The position numbers and the translations under genes were made by a program. The notes beneath the pieces were generated by a model. It made no database searches. It had not been told where the DNA came from and saw only the letters and a program-made list of their open reading frames with translations. A stretch of DNA of 64,000 bases, taken from an uncultured Pelagibacteraceae bacterium. GTDB lineage: Bacteria; Pseudomonadota; Alphaproteobacteria; Pelagibacterales; Pelagibacteraceae. Positions 43,287 through 54,572 of this stretch are shown one piece after another. Location: assembly GCA_902522325.1 (NCBI GenBank), contig CABYVA010000002.1, forward strand, positions 25,666 to 89,665, given 5' to 3'. How positions within the stretch are numbered: the first letter of the stretch is position 1; the number at the start of each line of letters is the position of its first letter.

Positions 43287-45223
43287 TAAATAATTATTAA
43301 GTATGTAAGTAAAGCTGAAAAACCAAGGAGCATTATATATGCATATTTATATATATAGCCATTTTGAAATTTAACAGCATTGTTTGATAATTTGTTAATT
43401 AAATTAGAAATTCCATCCGGACCTAATCTATCAATAGTTTTTAAATCAATACTTTTCCAAAAGAAATTTCCAACTCTCTTAGATGGTTTAACAAATAAAT
43501 AGTCGTACAACTCATCGAAATACCATTTATTGATTAAAAAATTGTAGATAGGTTTGTTTTCATGTGCTAGCCAACTAGTAATGTTTTTATTCTTTACAAA
43601 TAAATAATAGGATATTGGAATAGATAAAACTACTAATAAAGGTGTTGAATAAACAATCGAAAGAGGTGGATGTTCAGTGCTTAATGGATTTAAAAATTTA
43701 ATCGAGTTTTTCCAAAAATCACTATCTATATTAGTGCCAATAAATAATTCTTTAAAAAAAAATCCTGCAAATATTGAGCCTATTCCTAAAATTATTAGTG
43801 GGATTATCATTACATAATGTGACTCATGAACTGACTCTAATTTTAAATTTTTATTTTCATATCTGCCATGAAAAGTTTTAAAAATTAATCTCCATGAATA
43901 TATAGCTGTCAAAAATGCAGTAAATATTCCAACCAAAGATGCCCAATATCCAATGGAGTTGCCTCTCATGTAAGCAAATTCAATTATTGCATCTTTAGAA
44001 TAGTACCCTGATAAAAAAGGAAAACCTGTTAGAGCGAGTGTTCCCACTATCATAAGAGCCCAAGTGTATGGTAATTTTTTCCATACTCCTCCCATATTTC
44101 TAATATCTTGTTCGTCTTTAAATGAATGTATGACTGATCCCGATCCTAAGAAAAGCAAAGCTTTGAAAAAAGCATGAGTAAATAGATGAAACATAGCAGC
44201 ATTATAAGCTCCTACTCCAGCTGCAAAGAACATGTACCCTAATTGACTACATGTAGAATATGCGATAATTTTTTTAATATCATTTTGCACAAGAGCTACA
44301 GTTGCTGCAAAAAACGCTGTTGTTATTCCAACTAAACAGATAATATTTAAAGCTAATTGAGAATATTCAAAAATTGGAGAACATCTTACAATTAAAAAAA
44401 CTCCTGCAGTAACCATGGTTGCTGCGTGAATTAATGCTGAAACTGGAGTTGGTCCCTCCATTGCATCAGGTAACCAAGTGTGAAGTATGAACTGAGCAGA
44501 TTTGCCCATTGCTCCAATAAATAAAAGTATACAAATCAAATCAATCGCCTTAAAATTTAATCCTAAATATATTAATTCTCTGTTAAGAAATGGTGTAACG
44601 TCAGCATTAGCGACCGATGGAATTTGTTTGAAAACTTCATCATAATTTACAGTTCCAAATAAATAAAATATTAAAAAAATTCCTAAAGCAAATGCTAAAT
44701 CGCCAACTCTGTTTACTATAAATGCTTTTATTGCTGCAGCATTCGCACTTTCTTTTTTAAACCAAAAACCAATCAAAAAATAAGAACATAAACCGACTCC
44801 TTCCCATCCAAAAAAAAGTTGTAAAAAATTATCAGAAGTAACTAAAATTAGCATCGCAAAAGTAAATAAAGAGAGAAAAGCCATAAATCTGGTTTTATGA
44901 GGGTCGCCTGACATGTAGCCAATTGAGTAAATATGCACTAATGAAGAAATTAAACAAACAACAACTAACATTACAGAAGATACAGCATCGACTTGAATTG
45001 ACCAATTCACATCCAGAGATCCAGAGGTAATCCAATTAAAAACAACAAGATTGTTTTCATAGTTATTTAACACAACTTCCTTGAAAATTATTAAAGATAG
45101 TAATGCGGAAAATGAAACTAAAAGAGAGGTAATAATTTCTGAGTTTCTGTCACCAATATAACGTCCAAAAAAACCTGACATTATAGCACCTAATAATGGT
45201 GAAAATACCAATGTATATTCCAT
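43286..45223 (-). CDS. nuoL: NADH-quinone oxidoreductase subunit L
   Basis: WLPDAMEGPTPVSALIHAATMV. Confidence 0.97.
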   Translation of the reverse strand: MEYTLVFSPLLGAIMSGFFGRYIGDRNSEIITSLLVSFSALLSLIIFKEVVLNNYENNLVVFNWITSGSLDVNWSIQVDAVSSVMLVVVCLISSLVHIYSIGYMSGDPHKTRFMAFLSLFTFAMLILVTSDNFLQLFFGWEGVGLCSYFLIGFWFKKESANAAAIKAFIVNRVGDLAFALGIFLIFYLFGTVNYDEVFKQIPSVANADVTPFLNRELIYLGLNFKAIDLICILLFIGAMGKSAQFILHTWLPDAMEGPTPVSALIHAATMVTAGVFLIVRCSPIFEYSQLALNIICLVGITTAFFAATVALVQNDIKKIIAYSTCSQLGYMFFAAGVGAYNAAMFHLFTHAFFKALLFLGSGSVIHSFKDEQDIRNMGGVWKKLPYTWALMIVGTLALTGFPFLSGYYSKDAIIEFAYMRGNSIGYWASLVGIFTAFLTAIYSWRLIFKTFHGRYENKNLKLESVHESHYVMIIPLIILGIGSIFAGFFFKELFIGTNIDSDFWKNSIKFLNPLSTEHPPLSIVYSTPLLVVLSIPISYYLFVKNKNITSWLAHENKPIYNFLINKWYFDELYDYLFVKPSKRVGNFFWKSIDLKTIDRLGPDGISNLINKLSNNAVKFQNGYIYKYAYIMLLGFSALLTYLIII

Positions 45224-45224
45224 A

Positions 45225-45539
45225 TTACCCTTTTAAATTTTTTATGTCCTCAACATTAATAGTTCCTGCATTTCGATAATAAGTAACTATAATCGCAAGT
45301 CCTATAGCTGCTTCCGCTGCTGCTACAGTTAAAATAAATAATGTGAATATTTGACCATTTAGATCGTTTAAAAAAATGGAAAAAGAAACCAAATTTATGT
45401 TAACGGCTAACAAAATTAATTCAATACTCATTAATATAACTATTACATTTTTTCTATTTAAAAAAATACCTATTACACCTGTTGTAAAAATTATTGCACC
45501 TAATATTAAATAATGAACTAAAGTAACTTCAGTCATCAA
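45225..45539 (-). CDS. nuoK: NADH-quinone oxidoreductase subunit K
   Basis: [18 protein letters not shown]. Confidence 0.96.
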   Translation of the reverse strand: MMTEVTLVHYLILGAIIFTTGVIGIFLNRKNVIVILMSIELILLAVNINLVSFSIFLNDLNGQIFTLFILTVAAAEAAIGLAIIVTYYRNAGTINVEDIKNLKG

Positions 45540-46161
45540 TTTTTACTCCTTCATTAGTTTTAACTTCAACTAATTCGACACTTTCTATTCTTTCTCTGGA
45601 AATTTGTTTTGTATAGCTTTGTCTTTTAATCCCAGATCGTTTTCTAAAAGTTAAAACAATAGCACCTATCATTGCTACTAATAAAATCATGCCACTTAAC
45701 TGAAATAAATGAATATAATCGGTATACAAAACATTGCCTATTAAATGTGTGTTTGTAACTTTCTGATCAATGCTTATTGAAGATGTTAAAATTAAATTTG
45801 GTTTATATTTCCAACCACCTACTACAATTATTAATTCAAGGAGAATAACCAGGCCTACAATAAGACCTAAAGGCATATGAGAATATCCTACTCTCGATTC
45901 AAACCATTGATTTTTTTGTTGAGCAACATTAAGCATCATTACAACAAATAAAAACAGTACGGCAACTGCACCAACATAAACAATTAACATTATCATTCCT
46001 AAAAATTCTGCTCCAATCATAATGAATAAGCATGAAATACTAATAAAATCTAAAATTAAAAAAAAAACGGAATGAACAGTATTTTTTGAAACTATTACTA
46101 AGATCGATGAAATAATTGCTATTAGTGAAAATGTATAAAAAAAAATCGTATGAGCTATCAT
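45529..46161 (-). CDS. nuoJ: NADH-quinone oxidoreductase subunit J (start revised to 46161)
   Basis: [28 protein letters not shown]. Confidence 0.95.
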   Translation of the reverse strand: MIAHTIFFYTFSLIAIISSILVIVSKNTVHSVFFLILDFISISCLFIMIGAEFLGMIMLIVYVGAVAVLFLFVVMMLNVAQQKNQWFESRVGYSHMPLGLIVGLVILLELIIVVGGWKYKPNLILTSSISIDQKVTNTHLIGNVLYTDYIHLFQLSGMILLVAMIGAIVLTFRKRSGIKRQSYTKQISRERIESVELVEVKTNEGVKIDD

Positions 46162-46165
46162 AGTA

Positions 46166-46651
46166 TTATCTGTATGGTTTATCTGCTCTGATATTAGCGG
46201 CCAAAATATTTTCCCACCTATCGCCATTTTCTAAAAGTTTTTCTTTATTGTAGTAAAGCTCCTCTCTTGTCTCTGTCGAAAATTCGAAATTAGGTCCTTG
46301 AACAATTGCATCTACAGGGCAAGATTCTTCGCATAGACCACAATAAATACATTTCATCATATCTATATCGTATCTAGTAGGTTTACGACTCCCATCTTCT
46401 CTCTCGGCAGATTCAATTGTGATTGCTTGAGCTGGACAAACTGCTTCACACAACTTACAAGCAATACATCTTTCCTCACCATTTGGATATCTTCTAAGAG
46501 CATGCTCACCTCTAGCTCTTGCACTGATTTTTCCTTTTTCAAAAGGATAGTTTATTGTTTTTTTAGATTTAAATATTTCTTTTAAAGCTATTAATAAACC
46601 TCCTAAAAAATCTAACATAAATATAGTTTTAAATAATCTAGAAATTTTCAT
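46166..46651 (-). CDS. nuoI: NADH-quinone oxidoreductase subunit I
   Basis: Two CxxCxxCxxxCP motifs. Confidence 0.97.
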   Translation of the reverse strand: MKISRLFKTIFMLDFLGGLLIALKEIFKSKKTINYPFEKGKISARARGEHALRRYPNGEERCIACKLCEAVCPAQAITIESAEREDGSRKPTRYDIDMMKCIYCGLCEESCPVDAIVQGPNFEFSTETREELYYNKEKLLENGDRWENILAANIRADKPYR

Positions 46652-46653
46652 AA

Positions 46654-47655
46654 TCAGTTAGTTGGTAATAAATCAAAATAATATAAATAACTCGCTGTAA
46701 TTATCACATAAGCTAAAGATAAAGGTAAAAATATTTTCCATCCTAATTTCATAAGCTGATCATATCTATATCTAGGAACAATAGCTTTAACTAAAGAAAA
46801 AAGTATAAATAAAAATAATATTTTTAAAATCATCCATAATGTAGATGGTATTAGAACAAAAGGATACATTTCAGTTGGTGGTAGCCAACCGCCAAGAAAT
46901 AAAATTGAACCCATTGCGCACATTAATAAAATATTTGCATACTCTCCTAACCAAAACATTGCATACATCATTCCGGAATATTCTGTTTGATAACCCGCCA
47001 CAAGTTCTGCTTCTGCTTCCGGAAGATCAAATGGTGGTCTATTAGTTTCGGCTAATGCTGATATAAAAAATATTACGAACATAGGAAACAATGGAATTAC
47101 AAACCAAATTTTTTTTTGCGCTAAAACAATTTCACTTAAATTAAGTGAACCCACACAAAGTAAAACATTAATAATTATAATGCCTATAGACACTTCATAG
47201 GAAACCATCTGGGCTGCAGATCTAATAGATCCTAAAAATGGATACTTTGAATTAGAAGCCCATCCGCCCATTATTATTCCGTAAACTCCTAAAGAAGAAA
47301 TAGCAAAAAGATATAAAATTCCAACATTTATATTTGATAAAACAAAAGTTTCACTAAATGGTATCACTGCCCATGAAACAAGTGCCAATGTCATTGTAAT
47401 AATTGGAGCAAGAACAAATATAGTTTTATTTGCGCTAGCTGGTATTATTATTTCTTTAAATATGTATTTTAAAGCATCGGCCAAAGACTGAAGCAAACCA
47501 AAAGGTCCAACAACATTTGGTCCTCTCCTTTTTTGAACCAAAGCCCAAACTCTTCTATCAAGCCAAACAATCATGGCAACAGAGACAAGAATAGGAATTA
47601 GTAAATACAAAATTTTATAAGTTTCTAAAAATATTATATTTAAATATTCGAACAT
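46654..47655 (-). CDS. nuoH: NADH-quinone oxidoreductase subunit H
   Basis: [21 protein letters not shown]. Confidence 0.97.
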   Translation of the reverse strand: MFEYLNIIFLETYKILYLLIPILVSVAMIVWLDRRVWALVQKRRGPNVVGPFGLLQSLADALKYIFKEIIIPASANKTIFVLAPIITMTLALVSWAVIPFSETFVLSNINVGILYLFAISSLGVYGIIMGGWASNSKYPFLGSIRSAAQMVSYEVSIGIIIINVLLCVGSLNLSEIVLAQKKIWFVIPLFPMFVIFFISALAETNRPPFDLPEAEAELVAGYQTEYSGMMYAMFWLGEYANILLMCAMGSILFLGGWLPPTEMYPFVLIPSTLWMILKILFLFILFSLVKAIVPRYRYDQLMKLGWKIFLPLSLAYVIITASYLYYFDLLPTN

Positions 47656-47656
47656 A

Positions 47657-49690
47657 TTAAACTTCAGTACCCGTATCTTTAAATTTTATTTTTTCTTGTC
47701 TGCATCTACTCATTGTTTTCGATGATCTGGCAATAACATTTGAATAATAATAATCTATTTCATTTAAATTTATCTTTTCATTAACAAAATTAAAATTTTC
47801 AAAATTATTATTATTTTTTTCACTACTAGTAATTTTTAAATAATTCATCATAGACTTTTCTAGCTCATCTTTATTTTTATAAAGTTCTTTAGATTTTATT
47901 TTGCTTGCAAGCTCGTTTATGATTACCCAATCTTCTTTTGCTTCTCCTGGTGGATATGAAGCTTTGTATGCTTTTTGTATTTTTCCCTCTAAATTGGTAA
48001 AAAATCCATCTTGCTCTGTGTAGGCTGCGCCAGGTAAAATAACATCAGATATTTCTGCTCCTTTGTCTCCATGACTTCCCATGTATACAATGAACTCATT
48101 ATTTTTTTTAAAATGGATTTCATCTAACCCAAGCAAAAACAGTATTTTAAATTTTTTATGTTCTATTCCTTTTAGTACTTTGTTATTTTTTCCCTTAGAG
48201 CTTAATATGTTAAGGTCGTAAGAACCAACCGTCGATGCGTTGTTTGATAATATATTAAAAGCATTCCAATCAGTATTAATCTTATTGTTTTTTTTTAGGA
48301 ATTCTTTGATTTTTTCTATAACATAATTGGCAGAATCTAATTTTAATAATGACTGACCAATAATAATAATTGGTTTTTTAGAATTTTTTATTTTTTTTGA
48401 AACTTCATGTTTGTCCTCAACTATTTCTTTAATGATTTCTGTTGTATTTTTTAAAACATTATATGGATAAGTTAAATTTCCTACATCGCCTATTGAAAAA
48501 ACTTCAGTATTATTTTTTAAGTAGGATTTTCTTATTCTTGCATTCACCATTGTTGCCTCATATCTTGGATTAGATCCTATTAATAAAATAAAATCGCTTT
48601 CTTCAATACCGTTAATTTTTGAGTTAAATAAATAATTTGATCTTTCATCATTATTTACAAACAAGTGCTCAGCCCTTGAGTCTAAATTTGAAGACTTTAT
48701 TGTTTTAGAAAAAAAATCTTTTGTTATAAAAAGAGTTTCCATATTAGTTAAATCACCCGTTAATCCTGCTATTTCATCTGAAGAAGTGGAATAAATTTTT
48801 TTGGATATAATTTCATATGCTTCTTCCCAAGAACTTTTTTTAAAAATTCCATCTTTTTTAATATATGGTGTATCTAATCTTTGGTTTTGTAGTCCATCAC
48901 ATGCATAACGTGATTTATCTGAAATCCATTCTTCATTAATGTCTTCATTGATCCTAGGTAAAATTCTTTTTACCTCCCAACCATATGTATCAACTCTAAT
49001 ATTTGATCCGACAGCATCCATTACATCTATAGTTTCTGTTTTTTTAAGTTCCCAAGGTCTTGCTTCAAAAACGTATGGTTTTGATGTTAGAGCTCCTACA
49101 GGGCATAAATCAATTACATTGGCTGATAATTCTGACTCCATGGATTTTTCTAAATAAGTAGTTATTTGCATGTCTTCTCCTCTGCCTATTGCTCCTAGTT
49201 CTGGAACACCAGCAACTTCTGTGGCAAATCTTATACATCTTGTGCAGTGGATACATCTAGTCATTTGAGTTTTAATAAGTGGACCCATATATTTTTCAGG
49301 TACATATCTCTTGTTTTCTTTATATCTAGATTTGTCTATTCCATAAAACATTGATTGATCTTGCAAATCACATTCACCACCTTGGTCACAAACTGGACAA
49401 TCTAGAGGATGGTTAGCTAACAAAAACTCCATCACACCTTTTCTTGCTTTTTCTACTTTAGAAGTATTGGTCTTTATGTTCATGCCTTCAGTAGCTGGCA
49501 TCGCACATGAAGCAATAGGTTTTGGTGATTTTTCAATTTCTACAAGACACATTCTACAATTTCCAGCTATGGAGAGTTTTTCGTGATAACAAAATCTTGG
49601 TATTTCGAATCCTGCTTGTTCACAAGCTTGAAGTACTGTTAAGCCTTCTTCTATTTCAATATCAATTTCATTAACTTTTAATTTAAGCAT
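47657..49690 (-). CDS. nuoG: NADH-quinone oxidoreductase subunit G
   Basis: [32 protein letters not shown]. Confidence 0.97.
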   Translation of the reverse strand: MLKLKVNEIDIEIEEGLTVLQACEQAGFEIPRFCYHEKLSIAGNCRMCLVEIEKSPKPIASCAMPATEGMNIKTNTSKVEKARKGVMEFLLANHPLDCPVCDQGGECDLQDQSMFYGIDKSRYKENKRYVPEKYMGPLIKTQMTRCIHCTRCIRFATEVAGVPELGAIGRGEDMQITTYLEKSMESELSANVIDLCPVGALTSKPYVFEARPWELKKTETIDVMDAVGSNIRVDTYGWEVKRILPRINEDINEEWISDKSRYACDGLQNQRLDTPYIKKDGIFKKSSWEEAYEIISKKIYSTSSDEIAGLTGDLTNMETLFITKDFFSKTIKSSNLDSRAEHLFVNNDERSNYLFNSKINGIEESDFILLIGSNPRYEATMVNARIRKSYLKNNTEVFSIGDVGNLTYPYNVLKNTTEIIKEIVEDKHEVSKKIKNSKKPIIIIGQSLLKLDSANYVIEKIKEFLKKNNKINTDWNAFNILSNNASTVGSYDLNILSSKGKNNKVLKGIEHKKFKILFLLGLDEIHFKKNNEFIVYMGSHGDKGAEISDVILPGAAYTEQDGFFTNLEGKIQKAYKASYPPGEAKEDWVIINELASKIKSKELYKNKDELEKSMMNYLKITSSEKNNNNFENFNFVNEKINLNEIDYYYSNVIARSSKTMSRCRQEKIKFKDTGTEV

Positions 49691-51014
49691 TTTCTTTTTC
49701 TAAGAGATGTTGATCTACTAAATAAGGTATATTTTTATTTTTACTTATTAGTGGTTTAAAATTATTTTTTTTAATTATTTCTTTTTTAAAATGTCTTAAA
49801 AGTCCCTGGACTGGCCATGCAGACCCTTCTCCAAAAGCACATATTGTATGTCCTTCAATTTGATGTGTAACATCCATCAACATATCAACTTCTTCTCTTG
49901 AGGCTTCTCCTTTGCTCATTCTTTCTAACATTCTCCACATCCATCCAGAACCTTCTCTACAAGGCGTACATTGTCCACAACTTTCGTGTTTATAAAATCT
50001 TGCAATTCTCGCTATACATTTAACTATGTCTTGATCTTTATTAATAACAATTATTCCTGCTGTTCCTAGTCCACTTTTTTGTTCTACCAATGAATCAAAA
50101 TCCATTTTTATTGTTTCACATATATTTTTGGGTAAAAGTGGCATGGAAGATCCTCCAGGAATAACTGCTTTGAGATTTTCCCATCCTCCTACTACTCCGC
50201 CTGCATGTTTTTCAATTAAATCCTTTAACAAAATGCCCATTTCTTCTTCAACATTACAAGGTTTATTGACATTTCCAGAAATACAAAAAATTTTCGTTCC
50301 TGTATTTTTTGGGCTTCCTAATGATGAAAACCATTTAGCGCCTCTTCTTAAAATTGTAGGAACTACTGCAATTGTTTCAACATTGTTTACAATTGTTGGA
50401 CAACCATACAATCCAATTAAAGCTGGAAAAGGTGGTTTTAATCTAGGTAAACCCTTTTTACCCTCTAAACTTTCTAATAATGCAGTTTCTTCTCCACAAA
50501 TATAAGCTCCTGCTCCGTAATGAATAAAAATATCCAAATCCCAACCAGTATTAGATGCATTTTTACCAATCAACTTTTTTTGATATGCCTCATCAATAGC
50601 TTGTTGAAGTTTTTGGCCTTCCTTAAAATATTCACCTCTAATGTAGATATAACATTTATGAGCATTAACCGCATAAGCTGCTATTAAACAACCTTCAATA
50701 AGTTTGTGTGGTTCAAATCGCAAAATATCTCTATCTTTACAAGTTCCTGGTTCGGATTCGTCGGCATTAATAACTAAATAATGTGGTCTAGATCCTAACT
50801 CTTTAGGTGCAAAAGACCACTTTAATCCAGTTGGAAAACCTGCTCCACCCCTTCCTCTTAATTCTGAGGTTTTAATTTCATTAATAATCCACTCTCTACC
50901 CTTTGAAAAAATTTCTTTAGTGTTTGACCAATCACCTCTAGACTGAGCAGAAATAACATCCGATCCTTTGTCGTTATATAAATTTAAAAATATTCTGTCG
51001 TTATCGTTAAGCAT
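49683..51014 (-). CDS. nuoF: NADH-quinone oxidoreductase subunit F
   Basis: [28 protein letters not shown]. Confidence 0.97.
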   Translation of the reverse strand: MLNDNDRIFLNLYNDKGSDVISAQSRGDWSNTKEIFSKGREWIINEIKTSELRGRGGAGFPTGLKWSFAPKELGSRPHYLVINADESEPGTCKDRDILRFEPHKLIEGCLIAAYAVNAHKCYIYIRGEYFKEGQKLQQAIDEAYQKKLIGKNASNTGWDLDIFIHYGAGAYICGEETALLESLEGKKGLPRLKPPFPALIGLYGCPTIVNNVETIAVVPTILRRGAKWFSSLGSPKNTGTKIFCISGNVNKPCNVEEEMGILLKDLIEKHAGGVVGGWENLKAVIPGGSSMPLLPKNICETIKMDFDSLVEQKSGLGTAGIIVINKDQDIVKCIARIARFYKHESCGQCTPCREGSGWMWRMLERMSKGEASREEVDMLMDVTHQIEGHTICAFGEGSAWPVQGLLRHFKKEIIKKNNFKPLISKNKNIPYLVDQHLLEKENA

Positions 51015-51615
51015 TTTTTAAATCCATTAATGTTTGTCTGTTATTTTCTGGTTCAGTATTAATACGACCTCTGTAAGATCCAGGTTTTGGTTTTATATCA
51101 CTTAGTATTTGATCTATAATTTTCTCTGTCATTTTTTCATCTAGATCTTCATAGTAGTCATCGTTAATTTGCATCATAGGAGCGTTTACACATGCTCCTA
51201 AGCATTCTACCTCAGTCCATGAACAATTTTTATCTTTTGATAAAGTATTTTGTTCCTCGGATATTTTTCTTTTACATATGTCAACTAATTTATAAGCACC
51301 TCTCAGCATGCATGGTGTTGTTGTACAAATTTGTATAAAATGTTTTCCAACGGGAGTTAAATTATACATTGAGTAAAATGTAGCTACTTCAAAAACTTTT
51401 ATGTAGGGCATATTCAAAAATTTGGCTATATGCTTCATCGCAGCAAGTGGTATCCAATTATCATTTTGTCGTTGTGCTAAATAGAGTAAAGCCATAACAG
51501 CACTTTGTTTTTTATCATTTGGATAATTTGATAAAATTTTTTCTGTGATTTTTAAATTTTCCTCGCTAAAATTAAAATTTTCAGGTTGCTCTTTTGATAT
51601 TTTTTTAATACTCAT
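51007..51615 (-). CDS. nuoE: NADH-quinone oxidoreductase subunit E
   Basis: CTTTPC, ECLGAC. Confidence 0.96.
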   Translation of the reverse strand: MSIKKISKEQPENFNFSEENLKITEKILSNYPNDKKQSAVMALLYLAQRQNDNWIPLAAMKHIAKFLNMPYIKVFEVATFYSMYNLTPVGKHFIQICTTTPCMLRGAYKLVDICKRKISEEQNTLSKDKNCSWTEVECLGACVNAPMMQINDDYYEDLDEKMTEKIIDQILSDIKPKPGSYRGRINTEPENNRQTLMDLKNA

Positions 51616-52787
51616 CTGTCAATTTCTCCAAAAACTATATCTAAGGATCCTAGAACGGCCGGTACGTCAGCAAGCATATGTCCTTTAATTAAATAATCCA
51701 TAGCTTGCAAATGTGAAAAACCAGGAGCTCTAATTTTACATTTATACGGTTTATTAGAACCATCCGAAACTAAATAAACACCAAACTCACCCTTTGGTGC
51801 TTCAACTGCTGTGTAGATTTCACTCTTATCAACACGATAACCTTCGCTAAATAATTTAAAATGATGAATTAATGCCTCCATAGATTCTTTAATTTCATCT
51901 TTTGGCGGTGGGCTAATTTTACCATCATCAGTTTTTATTAATCCTTTTGGCATTTTATCTAAACATTGATTTATAATTTTTACACTTTCTTTCATTTCTT
52001 CAATTCTACAAAGATAGCGATCGTAGCAGTCACCATTTTTTCCAATTGGGATTCTAAATTCCATTTGATCATAACAATCATAAGGTTGTGATTTTCTCAG
52101 ATCCCATGGTACACCTGATCCTCTTAACATAACTCCAGAAAATGAATAATCCAGAGCATCTTCCTTCGAAACAACCCCTATATCAACATTTCGTTGTTTA
52201 AAAATTCTGTTATCAGTTAAAAGAGTTTCTAAATCATTTATAACTTTTGGAAATTTTTTTGTAAATTTATAAATATCATCATCAAGTCCTCTTGGTAAAT
52301 CTTTATGAACACCTCCTGCTCTAAAATAATTAGCATGCAATCTAGATCCTGAAACTCTTTCATAAAAAGTCATTAATGTTTCTCTTTCTTCAAAACCCCA
52401 TAAGGAAGGAGTTAATGCTCCGACATCTAAAGCTTGTGTAGTTACATTTAAAATATGACTTAAAATTCTACCTATTTCACTAAACATAACTCTTATGAAT
52501 TGGGCACGAATTGGGACTTGAATTTTTAATATTTTTTCTAAAGCTAAAGCAAAAGCATGTTCTTGATTCATTGGTGCCACATAATCTAGTCTATCGAAAT
52601 ACGGAACAGCCTGCATATATGTTTTATTTTCAATTAATTTTTCAGTACCCCTATGCAACAATCCTATATGGGGATCAGCTTTTTCAACAATTTCACCATC
52701 CAGCTCCAGAATTAATCTTAGCACACCGTGTGCTGCTGGATGTTGAGGACCAAAATTAAGATTTAGTTTTTTCTTTTCTTTTTTCAT
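51612..52787 (-). CDS. nuoD: NADH-quinone oxidoreductase subunit D (start 52787 or 52805)
   Basis: [19 protein letters not shown]. Confidence 0.97.
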   Translation of the reverse strand: MKKEKKKLNLNFGPQHPAAHGVLRLILELDGEIVEKADPHIGLLHRGTEKLIENKTYMQAVPYFDRLDYVAPMNQEHAFALALEKILKIQVPIRAQFIRVMFSEIGRILSHILNVTTQALDVGALTPSLWGFEERETLMTFYERVSGSRLHANYFRAGGVHKDLPRGLDDDIYKFTKKFPKVINDLETLLTDNRIFKQRNVDIGVVSKEDALDYSFSGVMLRGSGVPWDLRKSQPYDCYDQMEFRIPIGKNGDCYDRYLCRIEEMKESVKIINQCLDKMPKGLIKTDDGKISPPPKDEIKESMEALIHHFKLFSEGYRVDKSEIYTAVEAPKGEFGVYLVSDGSNKPYKCKIRAPGFSHLQAMDYLIKGHMLADVPAVLGSLDIVFGEIDR

Positions 52788-53376
52788 TGATAGTTGTTTG
52801 TTCATTTATATATTTTGTTCCTTCCCAAGGACTCTCATAGTCAAAATTTCTATAATTTTGTTCAAGTTTAACATTTTCATAAACAACTTTTTTTTTATCT
52901 TCACTATAACGGACCTCATTATGTCCAGTTAATGGGAAATCTTTTCTAAGTGGATGTCCTTCAAAACCATAGTCAGTTAGTATTCTTCTTAAATCAGGAT
53001 GGTCTTTAAATTTAACACCATACATGTCGAAAACTTCTCTTTCCATCCAATTAGACGATGGAAAAATTTTAGTTAGAGTTGATACAATTTCATTTTCATT
53101 TATTAGATAATTAATAATAATTCTTTGGTTAAATTCGTGACTTAAAAATAAATATGTCATCTTAAATCTTTTTGTATTTTCAGGATAATCTGTTGCTGTG
53201 ATATCAATTAACTGCCTGAATTTTGTATCTTTGTTAGTTTTTAAAAATAAAACTACATCTAATAAATCTTCACTATCTATATTTAAAAAAAGTTGATTAT
53301 ATTCTATTCTAGAACCATTAATTTTTGTGGTAAGTTCAGAATTAATTTTTTTTTCTAAATTTTTTAGAGTATCCAC
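52756..53376 (-). CDS. nuoC: NADH-quinone oxidoreductase subunit C (GTG start)
   Basis: [18 protein letters not shown]. Confidence 0.96.
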   Translation of the reverse strand: MDTLKNLEKKINSELTTKINGSRIEYNQLFLNIDSEDLLDVVLFLKTNKDTKFRQLIDITATDYPENTKRFKMTYLFLSHEFNQRIIINYLINENEIVSTLTKIFPSSNWMEREVFDMYGVKFKDHPDLRRILTDYGFEGHPLRKDFPLTGHNEVRYSEDKKKVVYENVKLEQNYRNFDYESPWEGTKYINEQTTINEKRKEKTKS

Positions 53377-53382
53377 TATTAT

Positions 53383-53898
53383 TTATCTTTCTAATGAACC
53401 TTTGTTTCTAATTTTTTTTTGTAGTTGTAAAATTCCATATAATAATGCTTCTGCAGATGGTGGACAACCGGGCACATAAATATCAACTGGCACAATTCTA
53501 TCACAGCCTCTCACCACAGAATACGAATAGTGATAATAACCACCGCCATTTGCGCAACTGCCCATTGATATAACATATCTTGGTTCTGGCATTTGATCAT
53601 AAACTTTTCTTAAAGCTGGAGCCATTTTATTAGTTAAAGTACCAGCAACTATCATAACGTCTGATTGTCTTGGGGAACCTCTTGGAGCAGCACCAAATCT
53701 TTCTAGATCATATCTTGGCATTGATGTTTGCATCATTTCTACAGCACAACATGCAAGACCAAAAGTCATCCAATGTAAAGATCCAGCTCTAGCCCAATTA
53801 ACTAAATTATCAAAAGATGTTGTGATAAAACCATTATCGCTAAAGTCTTTTGCTAATTGTTTAAATTCTTCCGGAATTTTTTTTTCCTGTAGATCCAT
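53383..53898 (-). CDS. nuoB: NADH-quinone oxidoreductase subunit B
   Basis: [14 protein letters not shown]. Confidence 0.97.
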   Translation of the reverse strand: MDLQEKKIPEEFKQLAKDFSDNGFITTSFDNLVNWARAGSLHWMTFGLACCAVEMMQTSMPRYDLERFGAAPRGSPRQSDVMIVAGTLTNKMAPALRKVYDQMPEPRYVISMGSCANGGGYYHYSYSVVRGCDRIVPVDIYVPGCPPSAEALLYGILQLQKKIRNKGSLER

Positions 53899-53901
53899 TA
53901 T

Positions 53902-54270
53902 TTATTCCCAATCTAATGCTCCTTTTTTCCATTCATAAACAAAACCTACTGTTAAAATGAAAAGAAAAATCATCATTGAAGAAAAACCTATAATACCAAT
54001 ATTGCCTAATGAAATAGCCCAAGGAAATAAAAACGCAATTTCTAAATCAAAAATTATAAATAAAATAGCAACTAAATAAAATCTTACATCAAATTCCATT
54101 CTAGAATCTTCAAATGGTTCAAATCCACATTCATATGCTGATAATTTTTCAGGATCAGGTTTTCTTGGAGATAGTAAAAAGTTCATTAAAATAAAACCAA
54201 CGCTTAAAGATAATGATATTACTAAAAACAAAATAATAGAAAAATAGTCTTTTAAAAATTCTAATAACAT
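53902..54270 (-). CDS. nuoA: NADH-quinone oxidoreductase subunit A
   Basis: YECGF, FDLE, KGALDW. Confidence 0.96.
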   Translation of the reverse strand: MLLEFLKDYFSIILFLVISLSLSVGFILMNFLLSPRKPDPEKLSAYECGFEPFEDSRMEFDVRFYLVAILFIIFDLEIAFLFPWAISLGNIGIIGFSSMMIFLFILTVGFVYEWKKGALDWE

Positions 54271-54367
54271 ACATTACTTTTATATAAGCTTTTCACGCAA
54301 ATGAAAGTGATGTTAATACCGCATTTTAAATATAAAATTAATATATTGAGAATTATTATCAATTTAA

Positions 54368-54444
54368 TGGCGGGAGTGACGGGACTCGAACCCGCGACCT
54401 ATCGCGTGACAGGCGATCGCTCTAACCAACTGAGCTACACCCCC
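54368..54444 (-). tRNA. tRNA-Asp(GTC)
   Basis: GGGGGTGTAGCTCAGTTGGTTAGAGCGATCGCCT-GTC-ACGCGATAGGTCGCGGGTTCGAGTCCCGTCACTCCCGCCA; full cloverleaf, encoded CCA. Confidence 0.97.
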
Positions 54445-54448
54445 ATTT

Positions 54449-54524
54449 TGGTGGGCAGTAAAGGACTCGAACCTTTGACCCCCTCGGTGTAAACGAGATG
54501 CTCTACCAACTGAGCTAACCGCCC
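54449..54524 (-). tRNA. tRNA-Val(TAC)
   Basis: GGGCGGTTAGCTCAGTTGGTAGAGCATCTCGTT-TAC-ACCGAGGGGGTCAAAGGTTCGAGTCCTTTACTGCCCACCA. Confidence 0.97.
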
Positions 54525-54572
54525 AAAATCAAGCTACTATTACATCAGGGTTATAATAAAGTAAATTGTTAA

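Noticed and set aside
54301-54492. 63-aa plus-strand ORF
   Set aside because: Antisense to tRNA-Asp and tRNA-Val
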